DNA of 64,000 nt from Octopus sinensis (taxonomy: Eukaryota): NCBI RefSeq assembly GCF_006345805.1, contig NC_043006.1, positions 94,736,001-94,800,000 on the forward strand. The letters run 5' to 3'. A model generated the notes under the pieces. The model did no database searches, was not told where the DNA came from, and worked only from the letters and a program-made list of their open reading frames with translations. A program made the translations under genes and the position numbers. Within the stretch, counting starts at the first letter, position 1. The number at the start of each line of letters is the position of its first letter. Positions 1-12,059 of this stretch are shown piece by piece.

Positions 1-86
1 ACGTAGTTTATATATATATATATATATATATACATACATGCATATATATATACATTATATATATACACACATATATATGCATATAA

Positions 87-778
87 TGGTACAGGACGTC
101 ACCAACAGCAAACAACATGAAATACAAAAATAAATTAGTTAAATACTCAAAATTGAAAACGGGACATGTACAACATAGAACAACCCTTCATCAGTTTTCG
201 GCTATCTACTCCTCATTTCGAGCATTGAACGACAATATGAGTCTTCGAATACAGTTGCTCCCATAAATAACAAAATAATTTATGGAGGGTCAAAGTGGGA
301 ACAAAAACTGGGTAGTGGACAAATACAAGGAAACCGAACGAAAACAAACATGGTGGCTCCTTTGACCAGAACCAGAGTAAAATTGCTAGAGAAATATTTT
401 CTTTGAAAAGAGAAAAGATAGAAGAGAGTGATAGAAGTCCAATCATTAGGACGTCCTGAGGAAAAGAAAGATAGTCACGTGAGGAAAAGGAAGATGGACG
501 ATGATCACGTATGAGCAACAAGAGAGAGAGAGAGAGAGAGAGAAAGAGTGAGAATAAGATGGGGAGAGAGAGAAACAGATAGAAAACGGTGAAGGGGAGA
601 AAATGGAATTAGAGAAGGATGGGGAAAAAACAGTATAAAGTAGAGTCACATCAAAAAGGCTAAGATAAACTTACTTGGAAATGGATGCGTGGCGTTCAGA
701 CAAATAATAATATAAATAATAAATGTAGTTATGTTTTCGTATTTCATGTTGTTTGTTGTTGGTGACGTCCTGTACCCA
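87..778. mobile_element. (TA)n-flanked element with ~50-bp terminal inverted repeats, probable Penelope-like (PLE) relic
   Basis: ggtacaggacgtcaccaacagcaaacaacatgaaatac (~88-125) is inverted at ~738-777. TA tracts lie on both sides. A CTGATGAAGGG motif is on the - strand at ~184-194, but a full hammerhead could not be completed. Confidence 0.55.
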
Positions 779-809
779 TATATACATACATACATACATA
801 CACCCCCCC

Positions 810-865
<56 letters not shown>

Positions 866-933
866 CGTATATATATATTCATGTGTGTGTGTGTAGGTAT
901 ATATATATGTATATATATACACATGCATATATA

Positions 934-1150
934 CTCTTTACTTGTTTCAGTCATGTAACTGTGGCCATGCTGGAGCACCGCCTGTAGTCGAGCAAATCAA
1001 CCCCAGGACTTATTGTAAGCTCAATATTTATTCTATCATTCTCTTTAGGCGAACCGCTAAGTCACGAGGACGTAAACGCACTAGCCTTGTTTGTCAAGCG
1101 ATGTTGAGGGGGGGGGACAAACACAGACATACAAACATACACACACATAC
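934..1150 (-). mobile_element. tRNA/CORE-like SINE, 3' half
   Basis: Reverse complement of the SINE tail ...ggcggtgctccagcatggccacag...ctgaaacaagtaaaaga, seen in many copies in the window. Confidence 0.85.
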
Positions 1151-1160
1151 ATATATATAT

Positions 1161-1915
1161 ATACTATTAAAAAAGGATGAAGTTTTTTTCCCTACAGAAA
1201 AGAATTCCATCAGGAAGTGTAGCAGTATATTAAATTATAAATATCTTATAAGCAAGGACTAAAGAAGATTATTCTAAAGCCAATATACTGATATTCCACA
1301 TTTAATCCGCTTGCTACAGAAAATTGAACTGAAATTCGGGCAACTAACCATTGGAACGTCTAAATTTCGTTATTTCAATATTGAATCAATTTCGGAATTT
1401 ACCACATAAGGGTTCGTTCTTCATCAGTTAGTATATTAAAAGAAGCGTAAAGGTTCTTTTAATATACTGCCACACTTCCTGATGGAATTCTTTTCTGTAA
1501 AGAAAAAAACTTAAACCTTTTTTAATAGTAGTAAACTCATTACTGCTTGCTACAGGGGACTTGTAACCACTACAATATGTATCGGCGGAAAGTCAACATG
1601 TTGTCCTGAGACTGACATAAGAATTTTTATTTTTAGATATAATTGAGTTACTTAGATGTACTTGTGTTATTCGCTTCGGCTGTTCCAATAGGCGCATGTA
1701 AGTACCCTAATTATATTCTCTCGTAAGTTCAACTGATGAAGAACGAACCCTTATGTGGTTAATTCCGAAATTGATTCAATATTGAAATAACGAAATTTAG
1801 ACGTTCCAATGATTAGTTGCCCGAATTTCAGTTCAATTTTCTGTAGCAAGCGGATTAAATGTGGAATATCAGTATATTGGCTTTAGAATAATCTTCTTTA
1901 GCCCTGCTATAAGAT
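1161..1915. mobile_element. Ribozyme-bearing inverted-repeat element in (TA)n (PLE-derived)
   Basis: Arms ~1243-1429 and ~1731-1915 are reverse complements. A second inverted pair lies at ~1162-1232 and ~1460-1530. The element sits in the internal TA tract of a SINE. Confidence 0.85.
1728..1786 (+). ncRNA. Type I hammerhead ribozyme
   Basis: ttcaa-CTGATGA-a-gaa..ttc-c-GAAA-ttg att caa-TA-ttgaa; stem I is ttcaa/ttgaa. The antisense copy at 1374-1429 has a truncated stem I. Confidence 0.75.
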
Positions 1916-1930
1916 ATATATATAATATAT

Positions 1931-1962
<32 letters not shown>

Positions 1963-1966
1963 ATAT

Positions 1967-2014
<48 letters not shown>

Positions 2015-2019
2015 CTATA

Positions 2020-2185
2020 TACGACGGGCTTCTTTCAGTTTCCGTATACCAAATCCACTCATAAAGCTTTGATCGGCCCACGGTTATAGTAGAAGACACT
2101 TGCCCAAGGTGCCACGCAATGGGACTGAACCTGGAACCATGTGGTTGGTAAGTAAGCTACTTACCACACAGCCATTCTTACGCCT
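2020..2185 (-). mobile_element. tRNA/CORE-like SINE, 5' half
   Basis: A box tggctgtgtggtaag, B-box-like ggttcagtccc and CORE-like ccttgggcaagtg, all on the - strand. Confidence 0.85.
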
Positions 2186-2282
2186 ATATATATTATTTAT
2201 ATTATTATTTGATTGAACGCCACGCATACATTTCCAAGTAAGTTGTCCTTATATAACATACTTACATACATACATACATATA

Positions 2283-2677
2283 TATTATATATAATATAAA
2301 GCTGAAGTTGTCTGTGTATGGTAGGTTTTGTAGCCTTCAACTAACACTATCGCCTCCGAGACCCTGGTGCGCAAGTTGACCAAAATTGAGAGTATGATAG
2401 AAGAAGGCTTGCTCTTCCATCCGTAGAAGAAAAAAAATCAAATCGGACCATGTTAACACCAAAAATTATTTACATAAAAAGGTGATCTTTCTTCTATGAA
2501 AATCCCTATTTTTTACGATTTTTTGACTGCTGTGTCGCCATTTTTCTGTGTATTTCAACCTAAAAGATGCTCACTTAAAGAGAATAACAAGCTACATAAT
2601 GCAAAATTTTTACTTTTCAAAAATTCTAATTCTATAGGGTCGAAACAAACCCGAGCAACGCCGTGCGATACTGCTAG
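2283..2677 (+). mobile_element. Non-autonomous Helitron
   Basis: 3' end aaacccgagcaacgccgtgcgatactgCTAG|T matches the ends of the copies at 21571-21970 and 46809-47177. The 5' end is blurred by TA repeat. Confidence 0.65.
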
Positions 2678-2709
2678 TATATATATATATATATATAGAT
2701 ATATATATT

Positions 2710-2868
2710 ATGTGAAATAGAAAGATGAATAATCTTGTAGTAGATTAATCAAAAGTTTAACCGATACCTTGTAGCAAAAAATTGTGCCTTTCGAAAACAC
2801 GTGTAGAATGAAATAAAACGATTTCTGTTCAATCTGCGTTCAGCTCCATTTCTTCAATTCACCAAAAG

Positions 2869-2875
<7 letters not shown>
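2710..2875. mobile_element. Collapsed PLE-type relic, same family as 36749-37285
   Basis: Shares tttaaccgatacct(t/g)gtagcaaaa and cgttcagctccatttctt with the 36.7-37.3 kb element; TA-flanked. Confidence 0.6.
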
Positions 2876-2912
<37 letters not shown>

Positions 2913-2915
<3 letters not shown>

Positions 2916-3406
2916 AAAATCACTGAGTAGGAGTAGGACGGTAGGACGGAGTAAGAGAAAAAGTAGTATAAGTGAAGGGGAGGGAGAGTAAATAGTAATT
3001 CAGGCAGAAGTAAGAGGAATAGCCTAGACTGAGAGAGAGAGAGTGAGAGAAAGCAATAGCAATGAGAGAAAGAAGAGGTGATAGGTGAATAAGGAAGAAA
3101 GGGATGAAAACAAACAGCGTTTCAACTCTGTGTGAGTATATGTTTGTCTATGTAAAAAGGATGTATGTGAATGTATGTGTGTGTGTGGTGTGTATATATG
3201 TGTGTGTGTCTGCAATGGAAGTGGGATGGTGAACGTTCAACGCCGAAACGAAAAAAAAATAACAGCATTTCAACACTGTGTGAGTGTGTAAGTTTATGCA
3301 TGTACAATGGAAGTATGTGAACGATGGTATGTGAGATTATTATGTACCTTATTTATATATAGATTATAACAATTAGCCGTTTTTTTGACGGCTCAGGGTC
3401 CAGCTA

Positions 3407-3407
<1 letters not shown>
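2913..3407 (+). mobile_element. Non-autonomous Helitron, second family
   Basis: A|TC 5' end; 3' hairpin agccgt..acggct followed by CTAG|T. Confidence 0.55.
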
Positions 3408-3498
<91 letters not shown>

Positions 3499-3708
3499 TA
3501 TATGCATGTATTATGTGTATATACATATAATGTGAATGTAATATATGTGTATATATGGATGCAGTTTAAACATTTTAAAATGTTAAAATTAAAATAAAAT
3601 ACTGTAGTAAAATATATACGTAGATATATGTATGTGTATATAGGGATATATAAATATATATACACACACCGCCCGCAAACATATAAATATATACATATAG
3701 ATAGATAA

Positions 3709-3821
<113 letters not shown>

Positions 3822-4285
3822 CATGTATGTATATGTATGTAGGAAATTATATTCGTTGTATATATATGTATATTTATCTTGTTGAATCAATTTCCATCAA
3901 ATATTTTCTAAATCTCAATATTCTACCTTTCCATTCCCACCCCCAAAAGAAAGAAATGCAATGAGATAATCCAAACTAAAACTTGAAAAAAGGAAAAAAT
4001 TAGATAAAATGGAAATAGAAAAACCAAAGCATTCTTGTTTGTTGCATTGTCTGGTCTCATAAACAAAAACCTAACCCGCTTAACGAAGACTCCGCCATTT
4101 TGCAGCCTCCATTTTATAATGAACACTCACTAAATGTCTCCATCTATCCTCATCTCCAGTCTACTGTACCATTTCTGCAAGAGATTTTATAACATTACAT
4201 AATCCGGATGAGATGAAGATTACTCTGAATGTATTATATCATATATATGTATATGTATGTATCTATATCTATATCTATATATCTA

Positions 4286-4384
<99 letters not shown>

Positions 4385-4488
4385 GTATATATATATACAT
4401 ACATACACACACACACACACCTATCAATCTGTATCTGTACATATTTATGTATGCATGTATGTATATACACACGCATACACACTCACAC

Positions 4489-4516
<28 letters not shown>

Positions 4517-4519
<3 letters not shown>

Positions 4520-4863
4520 TATTCTGTTGTGTCTGGGGGGAGTCATTTTCTTTTAGTGTCTTATGATTGAACACACTCACCGGTAAAACTTTTACTTCTT
4601 TTTTATTCTTGTAAAATTGTCGTTGCGTCTTCCAACCTTTTCAATAATATACTCAAACAGTACTGAAAAGGTTGCAAGGTGCATAGAAAATTTTAGAAAA
4701 ATAAAAATAATAAGTGGAAATTTTACCGGTGAGTATGTTAACTTATAAGGCACAAAGAGAAAATATCTCTCCCCAGACACAACAGAATATGCTTCAACAC
4801 ACGAACTCACATAAAGAATCTGTCCTAAACAAAATGGCATTACTTTTTGACTCACCCTCGTAT
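4517..4863. mobile_element. Palindromic MITE with a mariner-type terminus
   Basis: Imperfect palindrome 4517-4791 (catattctgttgtgtctgggg / ccccagacacaacagaatatg). tactttttgactcaccctcgta at ~4841-4862 resembles a mariner TIR plus TA. Confidence 0.6.
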
Positions 4864-4919
4864 ATATCTCCTCTTTGGCTGGAATGTCACTCCGTCACAA
4901 GATGACTCTTCTTTGCCAT

Positions 4920-5040
4920 CTGAGTGCACTGGGGCAACGTGAAATGAAGTGTTTTGCTCAAAGACAACGCCCTGTCCTGGAATCGAAACCACAACCTTAG
5001 ATAATGTGTACAATTTCTTAACCACTAGGCCACGACCTCT
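4920..5040 (-). mobile_element. tRNA-derived SINE fragment, family of 44183-44500
   Basis: gcaacgtgaaatgaagtgttttgctcaa and aaccactaggccacg match the 44.4 kb copy. Confidence 0.6.
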
Positions 5041-5253
5041 CTGTGTGTGTTGTGTATATGTTTATGTATATATGTATATGTGTATGTGTATTATACATAT
5101 GATCTCAATTTATTTGCCATTTCTGTTTGCTTTTTCCGGTTTTATATTTTTTATTAATGAGTTATCGTCTTCTATGAAATACTGAGAGAAATTTCATTGT
5201 TTGTCCATTTTTTGTGTTTGTGTTTCCGCCTCCCTGTTTCAGCTTAAATACAG

Positions 5254-5307
<54 letters not shown>

Positions 5308-5476
5308 TGAGAGAGTGAGAAAATGTGAGAGCGTGGAAGATGTAATTTGTTGAGGTGTTTCACTAAACTCGATAATGAAAGCCCTTAATCATGTGGGTTT
5401 TTCAATGGCAGCAAAGACGACGAAGCTGAAGAAAAAAGTAATCCAATGGATTTAGATTAAAAGGGATTATCCATAG

Positions 5477-6170
5477 CAGTGGTTCTCAACGTTTTTTAAA
5501 AAAATGTTTTGCCTATGGAACACCTGTGATTCTTATTTTGTTCCGATGGTCCCTCACACTCATTCGATGTTGAAAAAATCCTATTATATTTTTATGAATA
5601 AATATTATTAGGAATTGTATTGACAAACAAATTGTTAAAATATTTTGTGTATTTTGAAAGTATAAACAATTTACTGCTTATATAAGCACAGGAGTGGCTA
5701 TGTTGTAAGAGACTAGATTCCCAATCACATGGTTCAAGGTTCAGTCCCACTGCGTGACACCTTGAGCAAGTGTGTTCTACTATGGCCTTGGGCTGACTAA
5801 GGCCTTGTGAGTGGATTCGGTAGACGGAAAGTGAAAGAAGCCCGTCGTTTATATATATATATATATATGTATGTATATATATGTATATATATGTGTGTGT
5901 GTGTTTGTGTATCTGTGTTTGTCCCCCCAACATTGTTTGACGACTAATGCTGGTGTGTTTACGCCCCCGTAACTTAGCGGTTCAGCAAAACATAGAATAA
6001 GTACTAGGCTTACAAAGAATAAGTCCTGCGGTCGATTTGTTCGACTAAAGGCTGTGCTCCAGCATGGCCGCAGACAAATGACTGAAACGTAAAAGAATGA
6101 AAGAATAAATTGTAGCAAAACTTATATGGATTTCCATGTGTGTTATATGCGCCGGGGTTGAGCACCACTG
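5477..6170. mobile_element. hAT/Charlie-type MITE interrupted by a SINE
   Basis: TIRs cagtggttctcaac / gttgagcaccactg; decayed 8-bp TSD (atccatag / tgccatac). Confidence 0.7.
5685..6110 (+). mobile_element. Full-length tRNA/CORE-like SINE
   Basis: tRNA head, CORE-like ccttgagcaagtg, internal TA/TG microsatellite and LINE-like tail. Confidence 0.9.
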
Positions 6171-6492
6171 TGCCATACTGACTGTGGCGGCTGAGTTACA
6201 AGTAGGAGTCTGACGCACATTTATTTATGAATCCGGCTGATCGAAGACATATCTTAAACACATACACGCGCACACACACTCACACACACACACACGCACA
6301 CACACACACACACACACATATGCATGCATATACACACACACGCATACTCAAAACATGTGTTTTAGCCGCACTTGCTATGCTGGTATATTTCCTTTACCTC
6401 AAAATTTCGCCTTTAATCTTCGCTTTTTTTCCCCAAGATTCGGAGTTCGATTCCGAGTAGTGACCTGAATAATAATAATGATGATGATGATG

Positions 6493-6537
<45 letters not shown>

Positions 6538-6542
6538 TAATA

Positions 6543-6590
<48 letters not shown>

Positions 6591-6594
<4 letters not shown>

Positions 6595-8335
6595 ACTCCC
6601 TCTCTCTATTACTTTTTTGCATGGCACTGATCCCACTCTCAAACGAATTGGATAGTACCAAATATGGATTTTAGTAAGTCAATAAACCACCTTTTCTATA
6701 TGGACGACCTAAAGCTGTTTGCCAGGAATGACCAAGAGCTAGAAGTCGCTTCTAACAACTGTTAAAGAGTTTAGCAATGATATCGGAATGGATTTTGGCT
6801 TGATAAATGTGCTAAAGCAACTTTTGTAAGAAGCAAGCTCAGACAAACAGATTCTGTTAAATTAGATATTGACACTACCATCAAGGAACTTGACCCACAA
6901 GAAAGTTACAAATACATAGGAATCAACGAAGGAGATGGTATACATCATGCTACTATGAAGGAAATAAATAAGAAAGGAATACTATAGGAGAATAAGGCTT
7001 GTACTGAAGACTGAACTCAACTCCAAAAATTGCATTGAGGCCATTAACACTCTGGCACTTCCAGTAGTCCAGTACAGTTTTAACGTCATTAACTGGAACC
7101 TTACGGAACTCCAACGCTTGGACAGAAAGACAAGAAAATTGCTGACATCCAAGAACATGCACCACTCTAAGGCAGATGTAGACCGCCTGTACCTACCTAG
7201 AAGCAGCAGGGGGAGAGGAATGATGCTATAAGACCTCCACTGTAAGAATGAACAGGTACCTATCTGGTACAAAGGACTGGATGCTGCGACTTGTGTGCAA
7301 ACACGAAAGAGGAAAAAAGGTGCATTCTATTGTCAAGGAAGCTTATAAGTTCGAAAGGGAACTAGACATTAACCTTGAATCAGATGAAGAGCCGGTAACC
7401 ACCGTTACAAAGCAAGCAAAGCGAATCAAGCATACTGCAAAAAAGAACGGGCCGAATCAAATTGAGAGGCGGTGGAGCCAGAAACCCCTGCATGGACAAT
7501 ATATTCTCCGAAGCCAAAATGCTGATGTAGACCAAGCAACAACCCATCAGTGGCTGAAGAGTTCAGGATTGAAAGCAGAGACTGAAGGCTTCATACTGGA
7601 AGCACAAGATCAAAGCTTGTTTACCAGAATTTACCAGGCTAACGTTCTCCGAAACGGTACTGACCCTAAATACAGATTCTGCGACACATTTGACGAAAGA
7701 ATAGACCATCTCGTTTCGGGATGTCCTGTGCTGACACCAAACGAATACAAAAATCGCCACGATAGGGTAGGACATTGGAAAATATGTAAACACTACAAAT
7801 TCGGCACTCCTGCTAACTGGTATGAAACCCATCCTCAGTTAGTTGTTGAAGGTAAAAATGTCACCATCCTCTGGTTTTCCAGTCAACACTGACAGAACGA
7901 TCAAGGCTAATCGACCAGACATAATTGTTAAAGACAGGAAGAAAATCCCTGCAGACTAATAGAGGTAAGCGTCCTCACTGATAAAAATATATCTGTAAAG
8001 GAATTTGACAAACTTAGTAAATATAAGGAGCTGGAAATCGAAATACAAAAGATGTGGAATCTTAAAACAAAACTGTTCCTGTTATTGTAGGTACCCTATG
8101 TATGATAAAAAAGGGATAGGAAATCCAAAAGATTGTGCTAACAAGTACTGCCCACATCCTTAGAAAAACCCTATCAATGTAAATGTTTGTGTTTGTATTA
8201 CATGGAGATATTTCTCTACTTCCCCTCCCCAAGCTTTCAGCTATATTTCAATAACTCTTAACCTTCACTTGCCCTAGGGCGCTGGGTGTGCCCCGGCAAG
8301 TGATTGCATCAAACATGCAGATTAAAAGTAAATGA
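6591..8335 (+). mobile_element. 5'-truncated R4/Dong-clade non-LTR retrotransposon (RT + CCHC + restriction-like endonuclease), disrupted
   Basis: Translates to DSLSLLLFCMALIPLS, INHLFYMDDLKLF, ETEGFILEAQDQ, IDHLVSGC..YKNRHD and KANRPDII. Several frameshifts. (TAA)n on both sides, the known Dong target. Confidence 0.9.
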
Positions 8336-8427
8336 CAATAATAATAATGATAATATTAATAAGAAGAAGATGAAGAACATCGACAAATACCTTAGGAATG
8401 AGAATCCAGGTTCGAAATATCCCCAAG

Positions 8428-8471
8428 ACACATGATGAAGGCTGGAGGGTATATCAGCCGAAACGTTGTGT
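8428..8471 (+). ncRNA. Minimal hammerhead motif with one core substitution (C3>A)
   Basis: acac-ATGATGA-a-ggctg..cagcc-GAAA-cg-TT-gtgt. Confidence 0.65.
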
Positions 8472-9384
8472 TAAAAACAAACAAGACAAGGGCAAATATC
8501 CGTCAAATGTAAATAATGTATATTTGTCTATTTGTGGTTGTGAAGTGATAGCAGTTGTTTGTAGTTCCACCTAAGTCTATGTTAAAACAATATCATAGAC
8601 TATTTAACTTTGTTCACATTTGTTAAACATAGAATGCTGATCTCTAAAACGGATCTCTTTCCCTTGCTGTTTACCCACAAACCACGTGTAGATTTTCCAT
8701 ATTACTCGCGATCGAAGATGACATGGTATAAGAGTAAGTAGCACAGTTTGTGAGATGGTTTTAGGGTTAGGGAGATGGTTTTAGTTGTCCATAGGGCGCA
8801 GGGAAACAAAGACGACCTCTCCATCTTGTGCTTTATGGATCTAATCCCAATATATGGAAAGCTAAATAAAGCGAGGAAAGGATTCAACTGAAAATGCAGA
8901 AGTCTGCCTCGTATATAAGCATAAAACTGGAGTTTCTAACTTCAAGGTGTTTACGCTGAGATTTGCAAGACTGCCCACCCCTGAAAGGGACATTGACTCC
9001 TCACGGGGTTAAATCCAGTTGCTACGGGTGCTCATTTTGAGTTGATTGAATCAAAGCATTGGGAAAGGAAGTGCTCTGTTCCAGTACAAAATTCCAAATC
9101 TGACCCGTGATTCGAACGCAAGGTTTAACGAACGTGAACCCAACATAAGCACTAAGTGCAGAATATCAGATCAAACCTCACTGCTTTCTGTCTGATACTG
9201 TAATGACTGATTAATGTTGCTAAACCCATAGAAAAAACCTGCAGAGATTTTATTTGGCAATCGCTAAGATTATATCTAGACGCAGTGATTTCATTTCTAT
9301 GTATGACTTCATACACAAAACTCTCATAAGACACTCGAGACTGGTAAAGCCATATATTTTGTACGAATTTCTATAAGCCAGGAA

Positions 9385-9545
9385 CAGCTGTGGTTGTGCG
9401 GTATGTAGTTTGTTTCCTCAACCACATGGTTTCGGGTTCATCCCCACTATGCGGCACCATAGGTAAGTATCTTCTACTATAATCTCAAGCCGGCCAATGA
9501 CTTGTGAATGCATTTGCTTAACGGAAAAAAGCAGCGCCTGTCGCA
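9385..9545 (+). mobile_element. tRNA/CORE-like SINE, 5' half (3' half at ~10910-11100)
   Basis: Diverged SINE head. The matching tail lies beyond two TA-inserted elements. Confidence 0.7.
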
Positions 9546-9559
9546 ATATATATATATAG

Positions 9560-9589
<30 letters not shown>

Positions 9590-9599
<10 letters not shown>

Positions 9600-10193
9600 A
9601 TAAGAGAATGGTCACTATGTGGCTCATTCTAGCACTAGCAAATCCAAAAGGTTTCAACCACAAAAAATACATGTTTCCCATGAAAGTCAGTACGATTGTT
9701 AGCTCACACGAACAGGGCAAATAAAAAATAACAAAAATACAGATCATTTGGGACAATTGTTTCGCTATTAATGAATTAAATGTAATTTTACTTACAAAAA
9801 ACCCACTTGTAGCTCCTCAGCCAAAACTATCTGGATGAAATCCACTCAATCACACGACCAGATTTTACCATAACGATAAATACACGTGTGGTTCAATTGA
9901 TTACATCCGACGTTATAATTCAAATGCCCCTACCAACAGCGCGCAAAACTTTCACGGAAACAAATACTACATTTAGAAATAAATGTAGCATAATTATAAT
10001 TAATTAATAAGGGTGAGAGAATTAGATACTAATTTAATAGTATATCTATTCCACACCAAGTGGCCCAGTACTCGAGAAACCTGGATTATTTAATATTTTT
10101 AATATATTATAATATTATACAAAAATAAATATAAGAGATTGGTCACTATGTGACCATTATTATTAGTATCTAATTCTCTCACCCTTATTAATT

Positions 10194-10198
<5 letters not shown>
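9590..10198 (-). mobile_element. Ribozyme-bearing partial-tandem plus inverted element in (TA)n
   Basis: Direct repeat aatataagaga(a/t)tggtcactatgtg at ~9597 and ~10127 (~530-nt period). Inverted repeat at ~10003-10033 / ~10162-10192. Confidence 0.8.
9747..9825 (-). ncRNA. Type I hammerhead ribozyme
   Basis: tttgg-CTGAGGA-gcta..tagc-GAAA-caattg-TC-ccaaa; GUC cleavage triplet. Confidence 0.85.
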
Positions 10199-10228
<30 letters not shown>

Positions 10229-10292
10229 TATATAATATATATATATATACATATACATACATTACATATACATACATATTGTATATATATAT

Positions 10293-10324
<32 letters not shown>

Positions 10325-10440
10325 CATATACATACATATACATATATATATACACATATATATATATATATATGTATATATATATGTATATATATATATA
10401 TATTATATATTATATATATCTAGATAATATATATATATAT

Positions 10441-10483
<43 letters not shown>

Positions 10484-10489
10484 TATTAT

Positions 10490-10820
10490 ATTAGAGGGAA
10501 AAGGACCACAAAACCAAGCAGGACGAATATCTCAAGTCATTTCGAATGTTTAATTAGAGTAAAGTGAATTTGAGGTAATTAATTAATTAATTAATTTGTT
10601 AATTAATTATTGGCTGTCTTACAGCTGTTTCTGAAGTATCCCAAGTGATAGGTTATCATCTCCATACGCTAAGTATTCCGTTATCATAGTTCTAGACAGG
10701 GAACTCACAGTTTATAAAGGAATGAAGTAGTCGAGAGAAGAAAGAGTAAAACTGTGGATAGAAGAATACAGAGAGGAGAATGAAGTTCACAGATCATCTT
10801 CTTCAGAGATAATTAGATTA
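10490..10820 (-). mobile_element. PLE-type terminal fragment with a degenerate hammerhead (10615-10811)
   Basis: tatct-CTGAAGA...GAAA-cagctg-TA-agaca on the - strand, with a long, poorly paired stem II. The 3' end abuts TA. Confidence 0.5.
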
Positions 10821-11827
10821 GATTTTGTTGTACACGCGCGCACACACACACACAACACACACACATATGTATCTTTGTACATAAATACACACACACACGC
10901 ACACACATATGTGTGTGTGTGTATGTTTGACAACCGTTGTTCGTGTTTTTACGTCTCCGTGCTGCAAAAGAGACCGATCGAATAAGTAGGGATGCTTCAA
11001 TAAAAAAGGGACTGGAGCCAATTCATAACACGAAAAATTCTTCAGGTCGATGCTCCAACATGGCCCAGCCTAATGACTGAAATAAATAAAAGATAAGAGA
11101 AGTCATTATACGCAGGAAGTATAACGGCATGTTGGCGTTTCGGTGCGTTGACATCCTGGGAAGAAAAATGAAGCGAAAAGCTTGTTACAGTGAGAGACTT
11201 AACGGAAGGAAGGAATCGATGGCGGTTTATGATGTTGCAAATCGAGCATTGGATCGATTCTGCTGATATGAGAACAACTACACCAGAATGTAGCCTGACA
11301 AGAGTAAATCTTTTCCTTCCCAACTAATTTGATTGAACGTTTTGAACGAAACAAAATCTTACGGAATCCAGAAAAGCAAAATCTAATTCACTTATTTACT
11401 TTCCTAATGCGTACACACATCTCACAGGGAAGTCTATGAGATTAGAATCAGCACAAATATTCACTTATCGATTACATCATACAGAGTTTCTGTCCGTATT
11501 ACATCGCCTTCGTCCAATAAACGTCCCTTTGAGTGAAATGAACTTTTAATTCTACTGCGTTCTTGTTCGCCAATTAGCAGCGCCTAACTTCTGATATACA
11601 TCGTGATAACGTATCAAGTTTACTACACTAAACGCAAAACCCCACTAATCGATATAGGAATAAGCATACACACGTGTATGCATGTATGTATGTATGTATG
11701 TATGTATGTATGTATGTATGTATGTATGTATGTATGTATGTATGTATGTGTGCATGTATGTATGTATGTATGTATATATGTATATATATACATATATTTA
11801 TATATATTACATATGTATATATATATG

Positions 11828-11869
<42 letters not shown>

Positions 11870-12059
11870 ATATATATGTATATATATTCATGTGGGTACG
11901 TATGTATGCATGCATGTGCTGTGTATGTATGTAGATATGTTTGCAGGTATCTGTCTCTCTCTCCATCTATCTATCGATGTATCTACCAGTCTGTCTGTCT
12001 GTCTGTCTATTACATATATACATGATACTATGATGTATGTTTGTATGTACCTATGAATT

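Noticed and set aside
11042-11323. Possible secreted-protein exon (VVVLISAESIQCSIC)
   Set aside because: Only a superficial CxxC resemblance; no consistent splice donor or supporting exons.
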